DNA of 64,000 bases from IMG/VR virus record IMGVR_UViG_3300011979_000363, positions 24,775 through 88,774 of that record. The stretch is one strand, 5' to 3'. Each line of letters starts with the position of its first letter. The first letter of the stretch is position 1. The notes under the pieces were generated by a model. That model was not told where the DNA came from and searched no databases. It was given only the letters and a program-made list of their open reading frames with translations. Positions 26,401-36,024 of the stretch are shown here, piece by piece. The position numbers and the translations under genes are program-made. This DNA is from a virus. Lineage: Duplodnaviria > Caudoviricetes.

Positions 26401-29400
26401 ATGGCAGATACCAAAATTTACAGGGTAGAGTATCAGATTGCGGCTAATGATGCAGCTTCTGCTGTCTTTGAGAAGATGGCGAGGGCAGCTAAAAATTCAG
26501 TTGCACCAATTAACAGCATGCTTACTGGAATAGGAAATTTCAGTCAGCAAGTTGCAAAGATTAATGAGAATGATAGTCTTAAGAATTTGATGGCTCTTAA
26601 ACCTCAGTTTAATGAAACTGAGTGGAAGAAGTCATTGGACAGTCTTATCACTATCGCAAGAAATAAGGCAACAGAGCTTAAAGGAACATTCTCCAAGCCT
26701 CTTCAAGACCTTATCCCCAAAGAAGGTGGTTCAAAAGCTTTTAACGACCTTAAGAAGCAATATGATGATCTTACTAAGAGCTTTAATGAGTTTAAGAAAG
26801 CTGCTTCGAAGCCTGTTTTAGGTACTACTACATCAGGCATTGCCAGTCAGGTTAAGACAGAGACAGATGCTCTTAAGAAGTTAGAGCAGGAACAAGAATC
26901 GCTTATAGCTAAGAGAGAGGACATCAATAAGCGATATGCCAATGCTAAAGCAGAATATGCAAAAGCAGTAGGTGCATTTAACAGCAAGGCTGGGAAACTG
27001 TCTCCGCAATTTGGTCTTGTATCTAAAGACCCGACTCTTTATAGCGCACAAACAAAGGGCGATTGGGAGCCACTTTTCCAAAACGCTACTAAGGCAAAGG
27101 AAGAGTTCACATCCTTGCTCAAACAGAAAAAAGAGGTTGATGAAGCTATTGAAAAGGCTAACAAAAATCTTATCAACGCCAGAAAAGAAGCTGAAAGTGG
27201 GGGTGGTAAATCTTCACCAGCCATTGCAGCTTCAACGGGGAAATCTGCCGCTAAAACAGTTGAAGCTACCACCTCAGTAGAAGAAATTAATAAGCGCACT
27301 GCCGCTCTCAATAATTTATTAGAGACAGTAAACAAGCTGAAAAGTCAGTTCAAATTTACGGCTGATATTAATACGGCTCCAGCTATAGCAAAGATTAACG
27401 ACTTGCTGCATCTGGTTCGTGATAATGCCGTGACCATTCCTATCACTTTTGGAGGTACTGGTATCAATCCCCGAAAGGCTATTGATGAGGCTACTGGGAA
27501 AATTTCTGAGGAAGGAAGAAGAGCTGCCGACGAAGCCAACAGTATTATTAATCAAGGTAAAAACAGAAGTAAGAAGCAGGTCAAATCCAGTGAGCCTACT
27601 CTGATTCAACGTATTCAGGATCAAATTGCTGAGGTCCAAAAGACAATGCCTACTATTCCGCTTAAATTCTCTGTGAGCGATGGTGGATCATTGCAGACGA
27701 AAGTCAATGAGATCGTCAAGTCCATTAAGCCTGCTCCAATCAAAGTAGATGTCATTCCAGTCAACGCTACTAAGAGCGCTGAGGGACTTAAGAATGTTCC
27801 TAAGAAGACTAAGGGCGGTGAAAGTTTAGGTAAGATAACCAAGAACATATCTGAGGAATATTCCAGACTTCAAAAATACGCTAATGAGAAGCCGATCATC
27901 GTTCGTAGTATTTTCAATGGTTCACAAGCTCAGTTTGACTTAAGCGTTCTCATTCATCGCTTACAGAAATATGCAAATGAACTGCCAGTCATTGCTCGTA
28001 GCGTGTTCAATGGAAGTGAGGCTAAGTTTAATCTGAGTCTCACCTTACATGAGCTGCAACGATATGCTGAGAGTTATCCAGTTGTTATATCTACAAAGCT
28101 GGCTAATCCAAAGACAGACATCAATAAACTATTGTCAAATAAGCAGAAGTATGATGTTCCTGTTAATGTCAAACTTAAGGCTATTGGAATTTCTAAAGCA
28201 AGTATTAACAAGCTTATTCCAAAGGATAAAAAATATGACATTCCAGTCAACGTTAAGTTTAACTCGACAACTGCCGCTAAGCGTTTTAATACTCTTATTA
28301 AGAATATCAAGGGCAAAGCTGCAATTGAAGTCAAGCTTAAGGTTAATACAAATGGCATAGCCAAAAAAGTAAGGGATTCTATAAAGAATATCAAGACTGA
28401 GATACCACTTAAACTTACTTCTAAAGGAGCTTCATCCAGTCTTAATAAAGTATTATTAAGACTTCAAGAAATAGCCAACAAAAAGCCTATTGTCATAAAG
28501 ACAGAGCTTAATTCAGGTAAAGCTATAGAAGGTCTTACCACCACTATTGAGCGGTTGCAGCGTGCCGTTAACAACCTCAATAAAAATGCTGCTTTACAGA
28601 CCCAGAACAGAATGGCTAAGATGGCGGCTTCAGAAGAGCCTGCCGTTGTTACACCAGTACAGAGACGGGTCAATGAGTTTGTTGCTGGGGGTGGTAGTAA
28701 GATATATGGCAAAGGATCCAATGCCGACTATTATACCAGACTTCGTGCTTGGGCTTATCCGTTCACTGGTAATACATCATTTGGCGCGACGACTCCTGCA
28801 GCCCTTAGCATGATGAAAGACATGGGTAGCATGATGGCCGTTGGTAGTTTCATGGGCGCTATTGGCAGTGGCCTGCATCAGGCTATTGACTATCAGAACA
28901 CCATGAAGACAGTCCAAGCCATTTTGCAGACCTCAGATGACCATTACAATATCGGTGCATTCAACAATATGCAACGTATTGTAAGAAATGTCGGTAAGGA
29001 AACTAAGTTCACTGCTCCTCAGGTTGCTGGTGCTGCACGCTTTATGGCTATGGCTGGATTGAACACAAGGGATATTTCCAATGCTATCCGTCCAGTTGCC
29101 GATGTAGCCTTGATCGGTGACACAGACCTTGCTACTACTGCTGACAAGCTTACCAATGTGATGACTACGTTTGGTTTGAAGTCCAGTCAGATGCGTACTA
29201 TTGCCGATATTATGACCTCTACGTTCACAAGGTCAAATACCGACATGATGATGCTTGCTGAGAGTGCCAAATACGCTGGTGGTATCGCTCACTTGTATGG
29301 TGGCAAGGACTTTATGAAGACCTTCTCAGACACAATGGCCATGTTTGGTGTGCTTGGTAACTCAGGTATTCAAGCATCGTCAGCTGGTACAACCATTCGT

Positions 29401-32400
29401 ATGATGTATCAGAACTTGATGCAGCCCAACAAGAACCAGCGTGAAACATTGCAGAAGTACGGTATCTATACTCGTGACAAGAATGGTCAGCCATTGCAGA
29501 TGGTAGATATTCTTAAAGAGTTGGCAGCTAAGGTTCCCCGTGATCAGATGGCTGATGCAGTTGGTAAGATGTTCCGTATCACTGCCCAGCCTGGTGCAGC
29601 AGCATTGGCTACCCATATCTATGACCTTGTTGGTAATCCTGCTACTGGTAAAAAAGGTCTGATAGAAGCTAACCGAGAGGCTATGGGTACTGATGTGTCA
29701 GGACATATTGCCGACCAGAAGAAGATGACCCTTTCCGGCCTTATGTATCAAGTTCAGTCAGCTTTTGGAGAGGGAATTTTACAAGCTGTTGAAGGTAGGC
29801 AAAAACAGTGGGCAGACTTACTGAAACGGCTTACTAAGTTCATTTCCAGTCCACAAACTATAGAGGGATTAAGTAAGATTGTAGACTTGGTGGAATATTT
29901 GGGTAAGACCATGCTTGGCTTTGTCAAGATTTGGGTTAAGGGATATACCATGTTTCCGAACTTTATCAATAGCTTGTTAAAAGCCCAAATGATCTTTACC
30001 CAGATAGGTTATCTCTTTACTCCTTTCGTGCAGATGGTAGGAACGCTCAGAACGCTACTTACCATGATACCCGGTGTAAAAAGAATAGGAGGCGGAGCTG
30101 GAGTAAGTTCTCTACTTGGTGTAGGAGCATTATCAACTGGTGGGGCTATTGCATATTCAAATAATGGCGGTCGTTATACAGAAGGAGAACGAGCTATGTT
30201 TGCCATGATGGGGGCACAAGCAACTACTCCTACTGCTGAACTTTTGGCTGCAAAAGATAAGAAATGGCGTTATGAAGTGGCACGTGACCGTTTGAGAAAT
30301 TCGGTTATGTATCATGGTGAGCGTACTGCCGTCTCTCCATTATGGTATGCTCCTATGGCTCAGTTTGGCATAAACAAAGATGAAAATCCTGCTGAGTGGA
30401 AGAAGAGTTATGTAGATAGTAGACAATGGATGAAGGAACGCAGCATGTTTGCAGCTACCAATATAGAAGCACGTCAAGCTGCTGCACGGAGAGCACAAGA
30501 AAGTGTTGAGCGTCAACAAAGCATTATCAATGCTGAGCGTGCTAAGATGGCGGAGATGCAAAGTAAACGTTTTGCTTTGATGCGTTCTATGAGACGACCT
30601 GCTCAGCTTGCCAATGTTGAATTGATGGCCAGATATGCTAATATGGCTGGAGACACAGCATTGGTAGCATCTGTCATGCCTGATTTCAAGAGTAAAGCAC
30701 TTAGAGATTCCAGTTTCGCTAAGCGATTAGTGATGAGCGGAAATAAGAATTTCGCTAAGATTGGCTGGAGTGCTGCATTCAAAGGAAGTCTTGAAAGAGG
30801 TTTCAATGCTGGCTCTGTTGGTTTTATCAATGGGATTAAACGGATGTTTACGTCCGCCGGTTCACTGATTAAGAATTTTGCATTTACTCTACTCAGAGGG
30901 TTGTCTACCGCTATTGGTTTCCTTGTCAGTCCAATAGGATTAGCCACTACTGCATTGGTTGGCCTTACTGCCGCAGGCGTTTATTTCTACAATAAAGTCA
31001 AGAAATGGAAAGAGCAAACCATTAATAACGCCAATGACTACGGAAAGACAATAATCAATAATGCCAGAAAGCAGAAGCAACACCTTGACAACATCACTGG
31101 AAGGAATAATCTGCCTAATTTCCAAGGTGGTTCAATTGATGATAATGGTAGCACAATCGCTGGAGGAAGTTCTCGCAAAGCAAAGTTAGTAGCCATTAAA
31201 GACATTAATTGGGAAAAAGCTAATAAGGCTCAGACTCAAGTTGATAAAATTTTCCAAAACAATATATTCGGCTTTAGCAATGGCTTGGAGAAATATCGCA
31301 ATATGAAGCCAAAATCTACATATAACAGTGTAGACGATCTTTCATCCAGAGGCGGTGCATTTACATTATGGTATCATTTGTTTGGCGGTGAAAAAGATGT
31401 GCGTGAGAAAGAAAACACTGATGCTGCCGCTAATCGTGAGCGTAATAATCTTATTGTTAAAGGTGCTAATGCTCCTGAGACTATTAAAGCCCAAAATGAG
31501 ATCATAGCTCTCCGTAAGAAATATATTGCTGGACAAATTAATTATGCTTCTTTCCAGAAAAAAGCTGAGAAGATCATCAATTCAGCTATTAACACGAAAG
31601 GCGCATTAAATGCAGACAATTATTCGTTTGGTGAGATTAGACGGTCAAATCCTAAGCGTTTCATCCAGTATCAAAAGAGTGCATTGAATGTACTTCAAGC
31701 TGAACTGAAGGGAGATGCAGGAACATTGAGTGGCTATTATGACGCTCAAGCAGCACTTCGTAAGGGTATTCCAGCGTTTACGAGTAAATGGACAAGTGCT
31801 ATCAGGCGTTTGCTTGGTGGTATGACATTTGAACTTCAGACTGCCACGAAAACTGTCCATATAACTATGAACACACTGCCTAATGGTAAGTTTGATTTTA
31901 ACAACATTCTCGCTCAGATACGTCAGAAAGTTGCTGGCTTCAAGGGTACTATTGTTAATTTTGCGAAGATGGTTGCTAATGTATATAGCTACCTTGCGAG
32001 CAATGGCTTTATTGGTAAGTATTATAAAGACGCACGTAAGTATGTTTATGACCAAATCAAAAACAGGTCTATTTCTTATGGGGAAGCTGCTGCTTATTTT
32101 GATAAAAATATAGGAAAAGGCAATGGAAGAGCTACATGGAATGGAATGAATCGCCATCAATATGCAACTTATGTGTCTTCTGGAAAAAATAACAAGGCTG
32201 CTAAGGAGCGTGTGAGGATTCGTAAAAACACTGCTGATGCAGCTGTTGATCCGATTGTAGCAAATTTGAAGAGGCAACAAGCGCAAGCAAAAGCTTTAGC
32301 GTCATCAGCTAACAATGCTGTAACACCTAAAGGTGGTAGCGGTAAAGGTGGTAAAGCGACTGGCAATGGAGGCACTGGCGGAACTGGTGGTGGCTCTGGA

Positions 32401-32661
32401 ACAGGCGGAGGCTCTGGTGCTGGAAATGGTAACAATCAGAAAGATTATGCTTCTACTTATGACAGAGGTGCTGCACGTCCTACGCAGGTCAATATTACTA
32501 TAGATAGTCTTTGCAGATTTGATCGTACTATGATTGCTAAGAATGCTGATGAGAAAGAGATAATAGAAATGATAGAAAACAAACTTGGAGAGGCAATCTC
32601 TATGTTGGCTTCATCAGCCTTGAATACAGCTGGGACGGTAATTCAACAAGGATTGAACTAA
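26401..32661 (+). CDS. tail tape measure protein
   Basis: 2086 aa; TP901-like core (TKFTAPQVAGAARFMAMAGL...TLF/MFGVLGNSGIQASSAGT); Gly-rich linker near the C-terminus. Confidence 0.92.
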   Translation: MADTKIYRVEYQIAANDAASAVFEKMARAAKNSVAPINSMLTGIGNFSQQVAKINENDSLKNLMALKPQFNETEWKKSLDSLITIARNKATELKGTFSKPLQDLIPKEGGSKAFNDLKKQYDDLTKSFNEFKKAASKPVLGTTTSGIASQVKTETDALKKLEQEQESLIAKREDINKRYANAKAEYAKAVGAFNSKAGKLSPQFGLVSKDPTLYSAQTKGDWEPLFQNATKAKEEFTSLLKQKKEVDEAIEKANKNLINARKEAESGGGKSSPAIAASTGKSAAKTVEATTSVEEINKRTAALNNLLETVNKLKSQFKFTADINTAPAIAKINDLLHLVRDNAVTIPITFGGTGINPRKAIDEATGKISEEGRRAADEANSIINQGKNRSKKQVKSSEPTLIQRIQDQIAEVQKTMPTIPLKFSVSDGGSLQTKVNEIVKSIKPAPIKVDVIPVNATKSAEGLKNVPKKTKGGESLGKITKNISEEYSRLQKYANEKPIIVRSIFNGSQAQFDLSVLIHRLQKYANELPVIARSVFNGSEAKFNLSLTLHELQRYAESYPVVISTKLANPKTDINKLLSNKQKYDVPVNVKLKAIGISKASINKLIPKDKKYDIPVNVKFNSTTAAKRFNTLIKNIKGKAAIEVKLKVNTNGIAKKVRDSIKNIKTEIPLKLTSKGASSSLNKVLLRLQEIANKKPIVIKTELNSGKAIEGLTTTIERLQRAVNNLNKNAALQTQNRMAKMAASEEPAVVTPVQRRVNEFVAGGGSKIYGKGSNADYYTRLRAWAYPFTGNTSFGATTPAALSMMKDMGSMMAVGSFMGAIGSGLHQAIDYQNTMKTVQAILQTSDDHYNIGAFNNMQRIVRNVGKETKFTAPQVAGAARFMAMAGLNTRDISNAIRPVADVALIGDTDLATTADKLTNVMTTFGLKSSQMRTIADIMTSTFTRSNTDMMMLAESAKYAGGIAHLYGGKDFMKTFSDTMAMFGVLGNSGIQASSAGTTIRMMYQNLMQPNKNQRETLQKYGIYTRDKNGQPLQMVDILKELAAKVPRDQMADAVGKMFRITAQPGAAALATHIYDLVGNPATGKKGLIEANREAMGTDVSGHIADQKKMTLSGLMYQVQSAFGEGILQAVEGRQKQWADLLKRLTKFISSPQTIEGLSKIVDLVEYLGKTMLGFVKIWVKGYTMFPNFINSLLKAQMIFTQIGYLFTPFVQMVGTLRTLLTMIPGVKRIGGGAGVSSLLGVGALSTGGAIAYSNNGGRYTEGERAMFAMMGAQATTPTAELLAAKDKKWRYEVARDRLRNSVMYHGERTAVSPLWYAPMAQFGINKDENPAEWKKSYVDSRQWMKERSMFAATNIEARQAAARRAQESVERQQSIINAERAKMAEMQSKRFALMRSMRRPAQLANVELMARYANMAGDTALVASVMPDFKSKALRDSSFAKRLVMSGNKNFAKIGWSAAFKGSLERGFNAGSVGFINGIKRMFTSAGSLIKNFAFTLLRGLSTAIGFLVSPIGLATTALVGLTAAGVYFYNKVKKWKEQTINNANDYGKTIINNARKQKQHLDNITGRNNLPNFQGGSIDDNGSTIAGGSSRKAKLVAIKDINWEKANKAQTQVDKIFQNNIFGFSNGLEKYRNMKPKSTYNSVDDLSSRGGAFTLWYHLFGGEKDVREKENTDAAANRERNNLIVKGANAPETIKAQNEIIALRKKYIAGQINYASFQKKAEKIINSAINTKGALNADNYSFGEIRRSNPKRFIQYQKSALNVLQAELKGDAGTLSGYYDAQAALRKGIPAFTSKWTSAIRRLLGGMTFELQTATKTVHITMNTLPNGKFDFNNILAQIRQKVAGFKGTIVNFAKMVANVYSYLASNGFIGKYYKDARKYVYDQIKNRSISYGEAAAYFDKNIGKGNGRATWNGMNRHQYATYVSSGKNNKAAKERVRIRKNTADAAVDPIVANLKRQQAQAKALASSANNAVTPKGGSGKGGKATGNGGTGGTGGGSGTGGGSGAGNGNNQKDYASTYDRGAARPTQVNITIDSLCRFDRTMIAKNADEKEIIEMIENKLGEAISMLASSALNTAGTVIQQGLN

Positions 32662-32682
32662 AGGAACTTTTCTTTATTGATT

Positions 32683-32708
32683 GGGGATGGTAAAAATATT
32701 ACCACCCC
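32683..32708. terminator. hairpin between tape measure gene and antisense insert
   Basis: GGGGATGGTAA-aaata-TTACCACCCC between convergent stop codons. Confidence 0.65.
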
Positions 32709-32718
32709 CTATATAGTT

Positions 32719-33390
32719 TTAGATTTCACCCATCCAAACAGTTGGTCTGCCTTGTCCTTGTTGATTTTGATAATCGCATAAAGCTTTCAAAAATTCAGTC
32801 CATTCATTGCCGGTGAATTCAGTGATACCATTTTGCTTCACGTATGACATAAACAACTTAATATCTTTCATCTCTCCTGCAATGTCATCATCAGACATAA
32901 TATTTGTATTGAATCCAGATTTATTAAGTATTTTCACAGTCTCTGCCGGAAGTTTTATAAGTCCACGGCTACTATAGATAACGGCTTTTGTATCTGATGT
33001 AGTCTTAACGACTACCGTAAAAGTCACTGGATGGCTTATTAACTTTCCGTTGATTTTAACCAGATTGCTGGCACTGACAAGGCATGTATCTACTTTTGGC
33101 GATTTATATGTCAACTTAACTTTGGTTATTGTCATGTTACCCATCGTATCGTAATCTGAGACTGTTTCAATATTACCACCACGGAAGAAATAGTCGGGAT
33201 AATATATCTCAGCACTGTCATTGTAATTGATAGAATATTTGATAAAATTCTGGACGCACTCTTTGGATAAGTATATGGGGTCTGAATTTTTCACTGCATT
33301 ATAAACAAAATAAACAATTATGAACAAAGATACAGTAATTGTAATGGCACCATAAATATACCATGCTACTTTTGATTTTTTCTTTTCCAT
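32719..33390 (-). CDS. membrane-anchored hypothetical protein (moron-like)
   Basis: basic N-terminus plus one TM helix (VAWYIYGAITITVSLFIIVYFVY), then a soluble domain. Confidence 0.8.
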   Translation of the reverse strand: MEKKKSKVAWYIYGAITITVSLFIIVYFVYNAVKNSDPIYLSKECVQNFIKYSINYNDSAEIYYPDYFFRGGNIETVSDYDTMGNMTITKVKLTYKSPKVDTCLVSASNLVKINGKLISHPVTFTVVVKTTSDTKAVIYSSRGLIKLPAETVKILNKSGFNTNIMSDDDIAGEMKDIKLFMSYVKQNGITEFTGNEWTEFLKALCDYQNQQGQGRPTVWMGEI

Positions 33391-33406
33391 TGTGATGATG
33401 ATTAAT

Positions 33407-33505
33407 TTAGATAATGTTGATTATAGATGCTATAGATTTTATAGATGCTATAGTTTTCATAGATGCCATAGATCTTATAGATGCTATAGATTTTATAGCT
33501 GCCAT
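33407..33505 (-). CDS. candidate 32-aa repeat micropeptide
   Basis: MAAIKSIASIRSMASMKTIASIKSIASIINII; ATG 5 nt after the upstream stop, preceded by AAAAACT. Confidence 0.45.
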   Translation of the reverse strand: MAAIKSIASIRSMASMKTIASIKSIASIINII

Positions 33506-33511
33506 AGTTTT
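33422..33511. repeat. tandem repeat, 5 x 18 bp (10 x 9 bp)
   Basis: units such as TATAGATGCTATAGATTT starting at 33422, 33440, 33458, 33476, 33494. Confidence 0.9.
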
Positions 33512-33909
33512 TAATAACGTTTTGGCTGTCCGCCCATTGGTGTATAGATTATTCTTATGAAGTCATTATAAGGAACGGGATGTCCTGTTGATTTATAATG
33601 AGGGGTATGTCCTTTTGATTTAGGAGATGTATGTATGTCGTTTTTGTTGACATGGTTGTTGCCGAAGGCATGTATTGCCTCTTTCCGCCTTTTCATACAT
33701 TCCTTATGCGTAATCTCGATCCAAGTATCAATTGGAAGTTGACTTACTTTTTTGATCTTGTATTTGTGTCTACGAGCAAGTAACAATAACCATTTATAGC
33801 CTCTTTTGAAGGAGATTATACGTTTAATCTCCTCGGACATTTGCTGAGGAGTCAGTTTTTTGTCATTGTTCTTTGATGACATCTGCTTATTATGATAAGG
33901 CTTCGACAA
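33511..33909 (-). CDS. highly basic hypothetical protein
   Basis: 132 aa, Lys/Arg/His-rich, ends IRIIYTPMGGQPKRY. Confidence 0.7.
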   Translation of the reverse strand: MSKPYHNKQMSSKNNDKKLTPQQMSEEIKRIISFKRGYKWLLLLARRHKYKIKKVSQLPIDTWIEITHKECMKRRKEAIHAFGNNHVNKNDIHTSPKSKGHTPHYKSTGHPVPYNDFIRIIYTPMGGQPKRY

Positions 33910-34084
33910 AACGCTTAAATTTTGATTGTTTTCTATTTTTGGTATAGTTATTCATCTGAGAAGTTTCAAGCGAAATTTGCTACACTTCTGACTTAACTGA
34001 GGAATGTTTCATCTTCATTGTATAGACTTTTGTTAATGTATTCAGTATTGTTGTCTTATGTATGTTAGAGAACATCTAATTATG

Positions 34085-34860
34085 TCTTGACAGAAAGCTG
34101 GGGAAAGATAGGAACTTCCAGGCGATGCTTTCTGAGCCAATTAGCCCTACCCAGGTGTTATCCTGAGTAGGTTAAGCTCTTTGGGCATAATCTCCATAGA
34201 AGACTTCCCCGCGATACTGCCCATCAACCATGTGACAGGCCTGCTTCCAGTATGATCGCTACGATCATCGACTCTGTTTGTCAAACTCACCAGAGTTAGT
34301 GAGGCATCGGAAAGTTGATTCCGCCAGACCACCTGCCTCACCTCACGCCAAGCTGTATCGCTTTGAGTGGCGTGAGCCATTAGCTGCTCATGTCTGGATC
34401 CCCTAAGCTCTCGGACGTAGTTGAGTGTCTTATGTGCTCATTACCGGCAACTACCTTAAAGCGCATTTCTGCGGTTGTGGGTGTCCTGCGTTGCGTGTCG
34501 TAGCCTTGGCTTCTACACCTTATCTGGCTCGTACACTTGTTAAGATCCGTAATCCCACCAGGATTTTTCGTCCATGACTGCTTTACCTATTTGTCAACGT
34601 CGTTGCTTTTTCCGGGTGCTTATTATGCACCAAAGAATATGATCCATGACTTTCAGCTTTACAATGATTCGCCCAACCCAAGCAGTCGTAATGCTCATCA
34701 AGGACTTTTCATAAGGGGAAAAATAAAAACCACATTCAGCGCTGACAAGTTCCCTCTCAATTGTCGGCTGTCCTGAATGCGGTTTCTCTATATGTTTGTG
34801 CCTTTCGGCGAAGAGAATTCAGAATGGACACTCCGAGAGGGATACGTTGTGCCATCATGT
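34085..34860 (-). ncRNA. candidate large structured ncRNA (~775 nt)
   Basis: about 50% GC versus about 28% in sampled flanking lines; no credible ORF; at least ten helices; perfect sigmaA promoter immediately upstream on the minus strand. Confidence 0.7.
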
Positions 34861-34864
34861 GCTA

Positions 34865-34896
34865 CAAAGTTACACATTTATCTGTTATGTTCCAAA
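34865..34896 (-). promoter_or_regulatory. Bacteroidetes sigmaA promoter driving the antisense insert
   Basis: minus strand TTTG (34896-93)-N20-TAACTTTG (34872-65). Confidence 0.85.
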
Positions 34897-34950
34897 TTTT
34901 TATGCCATGTTTTAGTTCTAATTAACATTTTTGTATTTTTCACTTGGAAG

Positions 34951-34962
34951 ACTATTATATTA
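34951..34962 (+). promoter_or_regulatory. ACTATT upstream motif restarting the baseplate operon
   Basis: ACTATTATATTA, 25 nt before the ATG at 34976. Confidence 0.55.
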
Positions 34963-34975
34963 AAAAGAAAAGTAT

Positions 34976-36016
34976 ATGAGTCTGATTTTCACAAGAGCAG
35001 CTGGAATCGGTATCGGAACTGCTATTGGAGCAGGTGTTGGTACACTTGAAAGTAAGCTGGGGGGCGCGAGCAGTGGAGATGTAAAATTTTATTACATGTC
35101 CAGTGCTGGTGGTAAAGTTATTAATGTCATAGCAAGAAAAGCTGCTCAGATAGCTGCCGGTATTGCTAAAGATGAAGTGGACAGTCTTATCCATAAAGGA
35201 GCTGATGCCTTACGTAAGTTGATTGGCGGTAACAAATCGAAGAATGGTGTCCGTGGAGCAACTTGGGCTGAATCTGCTGCTGAAAAGGCAAGAGAAGAGC
35301 AGAGCAAGTATGGTCAGCTGCATGATGTCAGTGCCTACGACGATTATGGAAATGTGTGCTATGAATCAGTTATGTTAGCCATTCCTATAACACCAGCTAT
35401 CAGTCACAGTGCTTTGACTTATTGTGGAGATGCTTTGCCCGACGGTACGAATGGGAAAAGAACTGTTACAAATAATTGGCTTGTGTGGTATGATACCGTT
35501 GGCTTGGTCAATGTATCATCGGATAAGAATGTCGTGTTGACTCAAGTAGCTGGACGAGACTACAGTCGTAAAGAATTGGTCAGTAATGGTGATGTCAAAT
35601 TTTCTGTTACTGGGCATATTACCTCTTCCCTACCCGATTGTTATCCTAATGAGGAAGTTCAGAAGTTTCGTGAGATCATGCGTTATCGTGGTATTGTAGA
35701 AGTAAACAATGTCATTTTTGACCAATGGGGCATTAAATATGTTGTCATTACTGGTTTCAACATGCCTACTCAGGAAGGCAGTAAATCCGTGCAAGACTAT
35801 TCGTTTGAGTGTGTAGGCATCCAGCCGGATGAAGAGGCTAATGTCACAGAAGATGCTATTCAGGTGCATGACCTCGATCGCAGTGTGGCTTCTCCCAGTA
35901 AGAAAGGCGGTTGGGTTGACATGCTTAAGAACACTGCCATTGGTGCTGTCAGTTCTATGGAAGATATGGCCACGCAGGGCACGGCTTTGGCTACTGGAAT
36001 GTTGAATAAGTTATAA
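34976..36016 (+). CDS. tail tube initiator / baseplate protein (DUF6046-like)
   Basis: SVSSDKNVVLTQVAGRDYSRKELVSNGD..FSVTG.I....D.YP.EEVQ pattern; first tail gene after the tape measure. Confidence 0.65.
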   Translation: MSLIFTRAAGIGIGTAIGAGVGTLESKLGGASSGDVKFYYMSSAGGKVINVIARKAAQIAAGIAKDEVDSLIHKGADALRKLIGGNKSKNGVRGATWAESAAEKAREEQSKYGQLHDVSAYDDYGNVCYESVMLAIPITPAISHSALTYCGDALPDGTNGKRTVTNNWLVWYDTVGLVNVSSDKNVVLTQVAGRDYSRKELVSNGDVKFSVTGHITSSLPDCYPNEEVQKFREIMRYRGIVEVNNVIFDQWGIKYVVITGFNMPTQEGSKSVQDYSFECVGIQPDEEANVTEDAIQVHDLDRSVASPSKKGGWVDMLKNTAIGAVSSMEDMATQGTALATGMLNKL

Positions 36017-36024
36017 TCTTAGCT

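Noticed and set aside
33422-33511. CRISPR array
   Set aside because: Units are contiguous with no unique spacers, and no cas genes are present
34085-34860. Group II intron, RNase P RNA or tmRNA as the identity of the large RNA
   Set aside because: No GUGYG start or domain V, no GAGGAAAGUCC core, no tRNA-like ends, and no interrupted gene on either side; a covariance search is still needed
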